DNA of 53,397 nucleotides, taken from Planctomycetota bacterium. GTDB taxonomy: Bacteria; Planctomycetota; SZUA-567; H5-PLA8. The position numbers were made by a program, and so were the translations under genes. Below the pieces are notes generated by a model. The model was given only the letters and a program-made list of their open reading frames with translations, made no database searches and had not been told where the DNA came from. The stretch covers positions 1-53,397 of the forward strand of contig JBBRPR010000057.1 in the NCBI GenBank assembly GCA_038227875.1, in the 5' to 3' direction. Shown here one piece after another: positions 36,678 to 45,633 of the stretch (its first letter is position 1; each line of letters starts with the position of its first letter).

Positions 36678-37394
36678 ATGAGCGCTGCGGAACTCCCGGA
36701 TCCTGGACGCCGCTGGCGGCGCTGCGTGCGCGTTGGCGCGGTGTTGTGCACGCTGGCGACCGTGGTGCCGTTTGATGGAACCGACTTGGACTGGTGTGTG
36801 TGGGCACGCCTCCCATCAATCGTGAGAGATCTGGGTTTGGAAGGACCTTCGTGGCTCGGTCTCTATTGTAGTTTTATTTTTACTGTCATACTGGGCGGTC
36901 CCGTGCTGTTGCTGTTGCTGTTGCTGTGCGCAGCGGCGGATTACGATTCAACCGCGCTTCGCCGGAATCTTACGCGCATCTTACTGGGAGGTCTGTGGGC
37001 AGTCAGCACGCTTCCGCCTTACTACGCGGCGATCCGCATCTTCCAAAAAGTGGGTTTAAGTGAAGTTCAAGTTGCACTAATTGCCAGTGGGTTGTCCGTT
37101 TTCCTGCTCATCACTGCGCTCGGTTTTCTCACCAGCCGGCGTGTGTGGTACACGCCCCTCTACCCGTTTGCAATGGGTGTTGTCCCAGTGACGCTGGGCT
37201 TCCTGGCGTGGACCGGAGCGATGTTTGATATTGTCAACGAAATTAAAGGTCGGATAGGTACATACCAGCAACTTTCACTCGTCTTTGGATCTGGAGCCGT
37301 CGGCAGCGCGCTGATATTGCTGGGCTGGCTGATGTGGTGGAGCGCCGTGCGCAGGGCCATGCGAGCGAATCCGGCGCTCGGCGAGAACCGTTAA
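36678..37394 (+). CDS. Hypothetical multi-pass membrane protein
   Basis: About 6 hydrophobic segments; AGGA RBS before ATG 36678. Confidence 0.6.
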   Translation: MSAAELPDPGRRWRRCVRVGAVLCTLATVVPFDGTDLDWCVWARLPSIVRDLGLEGPSWLGLYCSFIFTVILGGPVLLLLLLLCAAADYDSTALRRNLTRILLGGLWAVSTLPPYYAAIRIFQKVGLSEVQVALIASGLSVFLLITALGFLTSRRVWYTPLYPFAMGVVPVTLGFLAWTGAMFDIVNEIKGRIGTYQQLSLVFGSGAVGSALILLGWLMWWSAVRRAMRANPALGENR

Positions 37395-37442
37395 CGCTGT
37401 CGGAATTGGACTTTCCCGGCGGAATGCGTATGGTTTCACTGC

Positions 37443-38420
37443 ATGAAAATACTGGTCACCGGCGGCGCCGGTTTCATTGGATCGCACACCTGCGAACATC
37501 TCCTGACCCTGGGACACCAGATCGTCGCGCTGGATAATTTCGATTCGTTTTATCCCAAGGCGCGCAAACGCCGCAATGTCGAGACGGCGCAGAAACACGA
37601 AAACTACAAGCTGGTCGAAGGCGATTTCGGAGACCGGCTCGCGGTCAGCAAACTGCTCGAAGCCGAAAAGTTCGACGTTGTCCTGCATCTCGCCGCTCAG
37701 GCTGGTGTGCGGCCGTCGATCCACGATCCGCTCAAGTACGAACGTACCAACGTCCGCAACCTGATCGCGATGCTGGAAGCGATGCGCGACCACGGTCCGC
37801 GCAAGATCGTCGCGTCCTCGTCCAGCTCCGTCTACGGCAACGCCACGCCCGTGCCGTTCCGCGAAGATGCGCCGTGCATGCAGATGCTCTCGCCCTACGC
37901 GGCCAGCAAACGCGCGGCGGAAATCTTCCTCGGCACTTACGCGGGATTGTACGATTTCAAAATCACGGTCGTGCGTCCGTTCACGGTCTACGGACCGCGG
38001 CAGCGGCCGGACATGGCGATCTCGTCGTTCGCGGAAAAATTGCTGCTCAACGAACCGATCACGCTTTACGGCGACGGCAACTCGTCGCGCGATTACACGT
38101 ACGTCAGCGACATCGTCGACGGCCTGGCGGCGGCGGTGGAAAAAGTCGATGCCAGCTACACCGTCTACAATCTGGGCGGGGACGCGCCAGTGAGTCTCTC
38201 CGATCTGATCGCGAAGCTGGAGACGATCATCGGGCGGAAGGCGCAGATTCAGCGCATGGATCTGCCGCCGGGTGATGTCCAACGCACCGCGGCGGACATT
38301 TCCAAAGCGCGCAAGGAACTGGGTTTCGCGCCGAAAGTCAGCCTGCAGGAAGGCCTCGAGAAAACCGTCACCTGGGTGCGGCGCGAACTGCGATTGGAAG
38401 CCGGCGCGGCCACAAAATAA
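37443..38420 (+). CDS. NAD-dependent epimerase/dehydratase (UDP-glucuronate 4-epimerase-like)
   Basis: TGGAGFIG, HLAAQAGVRPS, ASSSSVYG, YAASK, FTVYGPRQRPDMA, RDYTYV. Confidence 0.92.
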   Translation: MKILVTGGAGFIGSHTCEHLLTLGHQIVALDNFDSFYPKARKRRNVETAQKHENYKLVEGDFGDRLAVSKLLEAEKFDVVLHLAAQAGVRPSIHDPLKYERTNVRNLIAMLEAMRDHGPRKIVASSSSSVYGNATPVPFREDAPCMQMLSPYAASKRAAEIFLGTYAGLYDFKITVVRPFTVYGPRQRPDMAISSFAEKLLLNEPITLYGDGNSSRDYTYVSDIVDGLAAAVEKVDASYTVYNLGGDAPVSLSDLIAKLETIIGRKAQIQRMDLPPGDVQRTAADISKARKELGFAPKVSLQEGLEKTVTWVRRELRLEAGAATK

Positions 38421-38454
38421 CGATTACTCATCACGCGGGAAAAACCAACAGGGC

Positions 38455-39423
38455 ATGAACATCCTCGTCACCGGCGCGTCCGGATTTTTAGGCTACCACC
38501 TGTGCTCACGGCTGCTCACAAAGGGCTATGACGTGACCGGCACGATCCGCCGCGCGGGGATGGCGTCGGCCGACAGCCGCCGGCGCATGAAAAAGCTCGA
38601 GAGCATGAACGGCACCGTGAAGGGCAAGCTGCTGATCGCGCGCGCAGAGGAATTCGAAGCGCTCTACAACCAGTTCAAGCGCTCGCCGCCGGACGTCTGC
38701 GTGCATCTGGCCGGAAAATCGTGGGTGCGCGAATCGGTCGGATATCCGGAGCTTTACGAAGAAGCGAATTTCCGTTTCACCGCCGCGCTGCTGGAAGCGC
38801 TGCGCCAGAACGGCTGCCGCCGCCTGGTCTTCGCCAGTTCGGTGATGGTCTACGGCAAGGATGCGCCGCTGCCCTACTCGGAAAACCTGCTCGGCAGCGC
38901 GCCCAGTTCGCCCTATGGCGCGAGCAAGCTCGCGTGCGAAGTGCTGACCAATACCTATAGCGCGCTGCACAAAATGGACGCGGTGAACCTGCGCCTGTTC
39001 TCCGTCTACGGGCCGGACCTGCGACCCGACTGCGCGCCGCACCTGATCGCCACGGCCATCCTCTCCGGCAAGCCGTTCACGGTCTTCGGCGACGGCAGCG
39101 CGATGCGCGATTATGTGGAAGTCGAGGACGTGCTCGATGCATTCATGGCCGCGATTGAAGGCAGCGGATCGCACGAGGCGCTGAACATCGGCTCGGGCTT
39201 CGGCACGACGCTGATCGATCTGATCCGCACGGTCGAAAAAGCGCTCGGCCGCCGCGCGGAACTGGTCTACAAGCCGGCTGTCGCTGGCGAACTGCATGTC
39301 GCGGTGCCGGACATTTCGCTGGCGATGGAAAAGCTGAAATGGGAACCGAAAGTGGAACTCGACGCCGGCATCGCCCGCATGGTCGAGTGGTTCAGGCATC
39401 CGGAAGCGCTGACGGGAAAGTAG
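38455..39423 (+). CDS. NAD-dependent epimerase/dehydratase (second, divergent paralog)
   Basis: TGASGFLG, HLAG, FASS..VYG, YGASK, FSVYGP, RDYV. Confidence 0.9.
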   Translation: MNILVTGASGFLGYHLCSRLLTKGYDVTGTIRRAGMASADSRRRMKKLESMNGTVKGKLLIARAEEFEALYNQFKRSPPDVCVHLAGKSWVRESVGYPELYEEANFRFTAALLEALRQNGCRRLVFASSVMVYGKDAPLPYSENLLGSAPSSPYGASKLACEVLTNTYSALHKMDAVNLRLFSVYGPDLRPDCAPHLIATAILSGKPFTVFGDGSAMRDYVEVEDVLDAFMAAIEGSGSHEALNIGSGFGTTLIDLIRTVEKALGRRAELVYKPAVAGELHVAVPDISLAMEKLKWEPKVELDAGIARMVEWFRHPEALTGK

Positions 39424-39434
39424 CGCGACGACAG

Positions 39435-39461
39435 TTTTGAGTTTTAAATTTTTAGTTTTGA
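39435..39461. repeat. TTTTGAN-type heptamer tandem repeat between convergent genes
   Basis: TTTTGAG TTTTAAA TTTTTAG TTTTGAC. Confidence 0.55.
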
Positions 39462-39468
39462 CTTGTGT

Positions 39469-40512
39469 TCAGCTACCGCTGATTTTCAATTCGTTCAGCG
39501 CAGTGATCACTTCCTCCGGCTGAATGTTCCAGAGACATTGATAGTGCCCGAATTTGCAGGTGCGCTTCAGGCACGGGCTGCATTCGATTTTCTTGTAGAG
39601 AATTTTCGTGCGCGCGCCCAGCGGGCCGGTGCGGTCGAAGCGCGTGCTGCCGTAGATCCCGACCGTTGGCTTGCCCAGCGCGCCGGCGACATGCATCGAT
39701 CCGGAATCGTTACCGACGAACGCCGCGCAGAGCGAGAGCAGCGCGATGGCCTCCCCGACGCTCGTTTCCCCCGCGGCGACGACGGCGCCGGTCTTGCTCT
39801 TCGCGGCGACTTCATCTGACTTTCGCCGCTCGCTGGGCGCGCCGACGAGCACGCATTCGGCGCCGAATTTTTCCGTGAGCAGATCGACGGTGCGCGCGTA
39901 AAGGTCGGCCGGCCATTCCTTGGCCGGACCGTAAGCGGCGGCGACGGCCATGCCGATCAGCGGACCCTTCGGACGTTTGCGCTTTCCCTGCAGATACGCT
40001 TCCATCCGCGCGCGCGCTGCCGGGTCCACATCCGGCGCGAAGTCGTCGGGCGAGCCTTTCAGCCCCAGCGTCTGCGAAAGCATGTGCAGGTAGTAATGGA
40101 CCTGGTGGACTTCCAGAATCTCCGGCGTGGCTGTCGCGCGATGGCTTAAAAGCAAACTGCGCGCGTCGCGGGCAAAGCCGACGCGCTGCGGAATGCGCGC
40201 GAAGAGCGGCCAGACGGCGCTATCGAAACTGTTCGGAAACAACACTGCCAGGTCGAAGTGCCTCTGGCGCAAATCCTGAACGATCTTCTTGCGGTCGGAC
40301 AGTCCGGGAAAAAATCCTTTGCGCAGTCCGTACGGAATGACTTCGTCGATCCACTTCGAACCGTCGAAGAAACTCGCGAGTTCTTTCTTGATCAGCACAC
40401 TCACATGAGCATCTGGAAAGGACTTCCGTATCGCGTGAAGCGCCGGAAGGCTCATGACGATGTCGCCGAGCCAATTGACTTCCTTGACCAGAATGCGAGT
40501 GGGCGCGGACAC
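39469..40512 (-). CDS. waaF: Lipopolysaccharide heptosyltransferase II (GT9)
   Basis: ILVKEVNWLGDIVMSLP, AAYGPAKEWP, FVGNDSGSMHVAGALG, CSPCLKRTCKFGHYQC; GAGGAG upstream of GTG 40512. Confidence 0.9.
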   Translation of the reverse strand: MSAPTRILVKEVNWLGDIVMSLPALHAIRKSFPDAHVSVLIKKELASFFDGSKWIDEVIPYGLRKGFFPGLSDRKKIVQDLRQRHFDLAVLFPNSFDSAVWPLFARIPQRVGFARDARSLLLSHRATATPEILEVHQVHYYLHMLSQTLGLKGSPDDFAPDVDPAARARMEAYLQGKRKRPKGPLIGMAVAAAYGPAKEWPADLYARTVDLLTEKFGAECVLVGAPSERRKSDEVAAKSKTGAVVAAGETSVGEAIALLSLCAAFVGNDSGSMHVAGALGKPTVGIYGSTRFDRTGPLGARTKILYKKIECSPCLKRTCKFGHYQCLWNIQPEEVITALNELKISGS

Positions 40513-40738
40513 GTCGGAATCTAACTCCTCACTAAATTTCCGTCCAAAAGACAGAGTGTCCGAAGGTCTAGACACAACGTGCGTAGCGGACAGATCGTGC
40601 AAATCTTGCAGCTTGCTAAGGGCATATCTATCCAGTTCTTACAGAAATGAAAACAAAGATTCTCCCCGGCACACGTAGTGCAATACAGCTCCTCGACAGT
40701 CGGGCATTGATGCCTGGGAAACAGAGGAGAGGTGAACG

Positions 40739-41704
40739 ATGTTTAAGAAAGTCTTCCAAACCGCGCTGAGTATCCTGACCATCACCGCCATGATCACATG
40801 GGCAATGAGCGCCCCAGTCAAAGCGTTTCAGCCCTTCATGACGTCCAGCAGCACCGCCTATCACTGGAATTTGGCGCTTCAAAACGGCACGATCAACTGG
40901 CACCTCGCCGACGGCGTTCCGAGCATGGCTGGCGAATCGATGACGGCGTGCATGCAGTCCTGGTCCGACGCGACCAGCGGCGCGTTCAAGTTCGCGCAGG
41001 GTCCCGGTGGCGTCTCGGTCGATTGGGACACCGACGGCACCAAGATTCCCGATCCCACGTACCTCGCCTACACCACCTTCAACGCGGATGCCACCGGCCG
41101 CATCACTGACGCCCGCATCGTCGTCAACGCGCACAACTACACCTGGCACCGCGGCGGTTTCGGCGGCGTCGGCCCGACGATCAACGGCGTCCGCGACGCG
41201 AACCTCGACAGCGTCATCCTCCACGAACTCGGACACGCGCTGGGCCTGGACCACTCCGACAAGAATCCTGCCGCGATCGTCGGCACGCTGGTCGCCGGCG
41301 ACCCCCCGACGATGAACTCGATCGTCTACCCCGGCGCCGGATCGCTCCACGACGACGACAAGGCCGGCATCCGCAGCCTCTACGACACCGGCGTCCACGT
41401 TGCGCCTTCCGCGATCACGGTCACCCCCTCAGTGACGCAGGGCACGAAAGCGCCGCTGAACGTCAGCTTCACCCAGGTTGGCGGCGATGCCTCGACGACG
41501 TGGGACTTCGGCGACGGCTCGACGAGCACCGGAACGTCCGCCCAACACGCCTTCACCGCCAACGGCACCTACACCGTGACCGTCGACTGCCTCGGCACGA
41601 AAGCCACAACCACGATCCTGGTCGGCAGCAAAGCCATCCGCGCCGCGAAAGCCGCGAAGGCCAAAGCCGACCGAATGCAGAAGCAGCTGGCGAGCAATAA
41701 GTAG
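40739..41704 (+). CDS. Secreted matrixin-like (M10, metzincin) metalloprotease with C-terminal PKD domain
   Basis: HELGHALGLDH zinc motif, Met-turn PTMNS, LHDDDKAGIRSLY, PKD WDFGDG..GTYTVTV; AGGAGAGG RBS. Confidence 0.9.
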   Translation: MFKKVFQTALSILTITAMITWAMSAPVKAFQPFMTSSSTAYHWNLALQNGTINWHLADGVPSMAGESMTACMQSWSDATSGAFKFAQGPGGVSVDWDTDGTKIPDPTYLAYTTFNADATGRITDARIVVNAHNYTWHRGGFGGVGPTINGVRDANLDSVILHELGHALGLDHSDKNPAAIVGTLVAGDPPTMNSIVYPGAGSLHDDDKAGIRSLYDTGVHVAPSAITVTPSVTQGTKAPLNVSFTQVGGDASTTWDFGDGSTSTGTSAQHAFTANGTYTVTVDCLGTKATTTILVGSKAIRAAKAAKAKADRMQKQLASNK

Positions 41705-41735
41705 AACGAAAGGACTGAGGACTGAGGACTGACGT

Positions 41736-41772
41736 ACAAAAACTCCCCGCGCTCGCGGGGAGTTTTTGTTTT
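41736..41772. terminator. Bidirectional intrinsic terminator
   Basis: ACAAAAACTCCCCGCG-CT-CGCGGGGAGTTTTTGTTTT, preceded by (AGGACTG)3 at 41711-41731. Confidence 0.85.
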
Positions 41773-41790
41773 GCGTCATGGCACTGAAAT

Positions 41791-42651
41791 TCAATGAATT
41801 GCTGACGTGCCACGTACTCCGGCTTGCGCGGCGAGCACGCGGTAGCGGTGGGGACTCTGCCCGCTCGTGTTTTTGAACTCGCGGCTGAAATGAAATTGAT
41901 TCGGGTAGCCGCAGCGCCGGCCGACGTCCGCGACGGAGAGTTCCGAACTCAACAGCAGTTCCTGTGCTTTGCGGATGCGCAGACGCCGAAGATAGGCGAT
42001 CGCGGACGTCCCCGTGGCCTGCCGGAAGACATCGTGAAAGCGGCTCTCCGAAAGATGCACACACGCCGCCAGAACGTCGCGCTGGATCGGCTCCGCCAGA
42101 TGCGCCTGCATGTAATCGAGAGCCGGCTGGACCCGGGCTCGGCCGGAAAGCAGAGCCGCGGTTCCGGGGTGTGGTTGGGCATGCTTCATCAAAATTCCAA
42201 GCAGGCGAAAGCCCAGTTCCTGGCGTCGCGCCATCGCGGCCAGGCCGAACGGTTCGGCGCCCTCGCGGAGCGACACCTGTTCTGCGTTGATCGCTCCGAT
42301 GGCCTTGCCCGTTTCCGTCGGCAGGATCAGCGGAAACTGCATCACCTGAAACAAATCCACACCGCCCAGCAGCGTGAAGCGCACGTGCGACCAGCGCACG
42401 GTGGACAACGCCGAACCGTCGCTCCAGGAGCGAATCGCGACGTTGGGCGGAATGACGTAGCCGAAGTTGTCCGGAAGACGTTGCGGCGGCTTGCCCTGAA
42501 TCTGCACCCAGCATTTTCCGCCGCGCGAATGCCCAATCACCGCGACCGGATAACTCATCGCCGCGGCCTCATTGACCAGATAAGTGACAATGCCGCAGCG
42601 CAGCAGTTGGAATTCCACCGTGCGTTCCAATTGCGGCACGTCGTGATCCAT
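41791..42651 (-). CDS. AraC family transcriptional regulator
   Basis: ALDYMQAHLAEP, HLSESRFHDVFRQATG, LRIRKAQELL, CGYPNQFHFSREFKNTSGQSP; GGAGG RBS. Confidence 0.93.
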   Translation of the reverse strand: MDHDVPQLERTVEFQLLRCGIVTYLVNEAAAMSYPVAVIGHSRGGKCWVQIQGKPPQRLPDNFGYVIPPNVAIRSWSDGSALSTVRWSHVRFTLLGGVDLFQVMQFPLILPTETGKAIGAINAEQVSLREGAEPFGLAAMARRQELGFRLLGILMKHAQPHPGTAALLSGRARVQPALDYMQAHLAEPIQRDVLAACVHLSESRFHDVFRQATGTSAIAYLRRLRIRKAQELLLSSELSVADVGRRCGYPNQFHFSREFKNTSGQSPHRYRVLAAQAGVRGTSAIH

Positions 42652-42774
42652 GAGTGGGCCTCCGCGGGTCAGTACAATCAGATATAAAGTTCGGCGGCGT
42701 AACTATGGCGACTTTTCTTCGAATAGCGCATAGTTCTCCTGTCTATTTTGAATCCACTTACAGGAGAAAGAGCC

Positions 42775-43629
42775 ATGTCTGCTGCAGTACAAGAAGTGCC
42801 ACCCATTACGACTCCGATCACCGTGACGAAAGAAGAGCGATTCCTCTTCGACCTGCAGGGGTTCATCCTGCTCAAGGGAGTGTTGACGCCGGAGGAATGT
42901 CAAAGGTACCGGGGGATCGTCGACGATCTGGAATCGAAAACATTCGACGATGAGGAAAAGCGCGAACGCTTGAACCGCACGGGGAGGCCCTGTCAACCCA
43001 CGCTGGCACGCAGGCCGACCAACGTTCGCCTCAACGGACTGCTGCGCATGGATCCCGCGTTTTACGAACTGATTGCGCATCCCAAGGTTTCGCCGTATCT
43101 CGAAGCATTCATGGATGCTTCGCCCGGCACGGACGGTCCGCAACTGGGGAACACGTGGTCGATCAGCAAATTCAAGGGCGATGAACCGATGGGCTGGCAC
43201 CGCGGCGTCGCGCCGTTTCATTACAGCTACCGCAACGGCCGGATCTTCACGCCTATGCTCAACACGGTCTGGTTTCTGACCGACAACGGGCCCGACGATG
43301 GCTGCATGGTTGCGCTGCCCGGCGGACACAAGAGCAACATCGACCTGGAGTGGTATCAGTACCACGGCTTGGACATGCCCGGCGCGCGAGCGGTCACCGG
43401 TCAGGCTGGCGACGTCTTCCTGTTTTCAGAGACTGTCTTGCACAACGGTCTGAACAAGACCACGCCGGGAAAGCGCACGAATCTTTATTACAACTACATC
43501 TCGCGCGGGATGGAAGTGACGATGGAACACGCCTACCACTTCGTCATGCCGCCCCATGTTCGCGCTCGATTCAGCGACAAGCAACGGGCCTACACGGAAT
43601 GGATGGAGCACATGAACGCAGTGGAATGA
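42775..43629 (+). CDS. PhyH-family Fe(II)/2OG enzyme with a non-canonical HxG motif
   Basis: FDLQGFILLKGVLT, WHRG (43195-43206), VWFLTD, GCMVALPGGHK, AGDVFLF, VLHNG, KRT; CAGGAG RBS. Confidence 0.88.
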   Translation: MSAAVQEVPPITTPITVTKEERFLFDLQGFILLKGVLTPEECQRYRGIVDDLESKTFDDEEKRERLNRTGRPCQPTLARRPTNVRLNGLLRMDPAFYELIAHPKVSPYLEAFMDASPGTDGPQLGNTWSISKFKGDEPMGWHRGVAPFHYSYRNGRIFTPMLNTVWFLTDNGPDDGCMVALPGGHKSNIDLEWYQYHGLDMPGARAVTGQAGDVFLFSETVLHNGLNKTTPGKRTNLYYNYISRGMEVTMEHAYHFVMPPHVRARFSDKQRAYTEWMEHMNAVE

Positions 43630-43636
43630 CGAAACG

Positions 43637-45586
43637 TCAGTCCTTCAGCACCAACGCGTGTCCGTGCTGAGTGAGGTACACCGAGAGCAGTGACAAATCC
43701 GCGGGCGTGACGCCATCCAGGCGTAGCGCCTGGCCAAACGTGCGCGGGCGGTGCCGGGTCAGTTTCTCTGTCGCTTCCCGGCCCAGTCCGCTGACGACCG
43801 AGAAGTCGACGCCGGTCGGGATCAAACGATCTTCCAGGTACTTCAAGCGTTCAACCTGGTCGGTCTGGCGCTTCAGGTAGCCTTCGTACTTGGCTTCGAT
43901 CTGAAGCGCTTCGGCCAGCAGCGGAGTTACCTCAAGCTTCGCGCCGCGCTCGGCGACGAGGCGTTCGAAGGTCATCTCCGGCTGGCGCAGGTTGTCCCAG
44001 AATGTTTTCGGATCGCCGTGCGTGCGGTGCGTGCGGAGGTACTGCAGCGCGGCGTCGAGTTCCGCCTGCTTGGTCTCCACGCGCGTGAGCGTCGGCGCAT
44101 CGAGCAGGCCCAGGCGTTTGGCGTGCGCCATCAGGCGGCGGTCGGCGTTGTCCTGGCGCAGCAGCAGGCGGTATTCGCTGCGTGACGTAAAGAGCCGGTA
44201 CGGTTCGGTGATCTCCTTGGTGACGAGGTCGTCGATCAGGATCCCGATGTACGCTTCGTCGCGGCCGAGCACGAACGTCTCGGGCCCCTGCGATTTGACC
44301 TGCAGCGCCGCGTTGATTCCCGCCATGATGCCCTGCGCCGCCGCTTCCTCGTAGCCGCTCGTGCCGTTGATCTGTCCGGCAAGGTACAGCCCTTCGGTGC
44401 GCCGTGTGACCAGCGTCTGCGTAATCTGGTGGGGCGGAACCATGTCGTATTCGATCGCGTAGCCGAAGCGCAGAATCTCCGCGTCTTCGCAGCCGGGCAC
44501 CGACTTCACCAGATCCATCTGCACGTCCGGCGGCAGACTCGTCGAGAGTCCGTTGACGTAGAATTCCTCCGTGTCGACGCCTTCCGGTTCGAGAAAAATC
44601 TGGTGGCTCTCTTTGTCGCCGAACTTGACGATCTTGTCCTCGACCGACGGGCAGTAGCGCGGGCCGCGCGATTGAATCTGGCCCGTGTACAGCGGCGCGC
44701 GGTGCAGGTTGGCGCGGATCAGTTCGTGCGTGCGCGCCGTGGTGCGCGTGAGATAGCACGCGAGGCTGGGCCGATCGATCTTGTCGGTGCGGAAGCTGAA
44801 CGGCGGCGCGGGCACTTCGCCCCACTGTGGTTCGAGGTCCTTGAGATTCAGCGTGCGCCCGTTGAGGCGCGGCGGCGTGCCGGTTTTCAGGCGGCGCAGT
44901 TCGAAGCCCAGCGCTTCCAGCGAACCGGAAAGGCTCATCGCCGCCACTTCGCCCGCGCGCCCGCCGCGGCTCTGCTTGGTGCCTTGATGGATCAGCCCGC
45001 GCAAGAACGTTCCGGTCGTCAGGATCACCGTGGGAGCGAGATACGTCAGCCCGCTGCCGCTGCGGATGCCCGTGACGCGCAAACTTTTCTCCGGCGGCGG
45101 TGCTACGGAAAGCGATTCGGGTGCCACGCCGTTACGCAGTTGCTTCAGGCGTTCGTCGTAGGCGTGGGCTGCTCCGGGCAGCAGCTCGTCGATCAGCAGC
45201 TCTTCGACCATTTCCTGGCGCAGCAGCAGATTCGGCTGGCGTTCGATCAATTGTTTCATCAGGATCGCGTACTGTCGCTTGTCGCACTGCGCGCGCGGCG
45301 ACTGCACCGCCGGGCCGCGCGAGCGATTGAGCATGCGAAACTGAATGCCCGAACGATCGGTGATCAATCCCTGCGCGCCGCCGAGCGCATCGATCTCGCG
45401 CACCGCGATGCCCTTGGCCGTTCCGCCGATCGCCGGGTTGCAGGACATCTGCGCGACCGCTTCCAGCGCAATGGTCGTCAGCAGGGTGCGGCAGCCCATC
45501 CGCGCGGCGGCCAGAGCCGCTTCACAGCCCGCATGTCCGGCGCCGACGACGATGACATCAAAATTCTCTGCGCGATCGGTGTTCAT
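43637..45586 (-). CDS. mnmG: tRNA uridine-5-carboxymethylaminomethyl(34) synthesis enzyme MnmG (GidA)
   Basis: DVIVVGAGHAGCEAA, MSCNPAIGG, LKTGTPPR, GPRYCPSVEDK, AGQINGTSGYEEAAAQG, FTSRSEYRLLLRQDNAD. Confidence 0.97.
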   Translation of the reverse strand: MNTDRAENFDVIVVGAGHAGCEAALAAARMGCRTLLTTIALEAVAQMSCNPAIGGTAKGIAVREIDALGGAQGLITDRSGIQFRMLNRSRGPAVQSPRAQCDKRQYAILMKQLIERQPNLLLRQEMVEELLIDELLPGAAHAYDERLKQLRNGVAPESLSVAPPPEKSLRVTGIRSGSGLTYLAPTVILTTGTFLRGLIHQGTKQSRGGRAGEVAAMSLSGSLEALGFELRRLKTGTPPRLNGRTLNLKDLEPQWGEVPAPPFSFRTDKIDRPSLACYLTRTTARTHELIRANLHRAPLYTGQIQSRGPRYCPSVEDKIVKFGDKESHQIFLEPEGVDTEEFYVNGLSTSLPPDVQMDLVKSVPGCEDAEILRFGYAIEYDMVPPHQITQTLVTRRTEGLYLAGQINGTSGYEEAAAQGIMAGINAALQVKSQGPETFVLGRDEAYIGILIDDLVTKEITEPYRLFTSRSEYRLLLRQDNADRRLMAHAKRLGLLDAPTLTRVETKQAELDAALQYLRTHRTHGDPKTFWDNLRQPEMTFERLVAERGAKLEVTPLLAEALQIEAKYEGYLKRQTDQVERLKYLEDRLIPTGVDFSVVSGLGREATEKLTRHRPRTFGQALRLDGVTPADLSLLSVYLTQHGHALVLKD

Positions 45587-45633
45587 GCCGCCATTAGACC
45601 CGCCGCGCCTGGCGGATGCAAGGGCGTGCGGTT

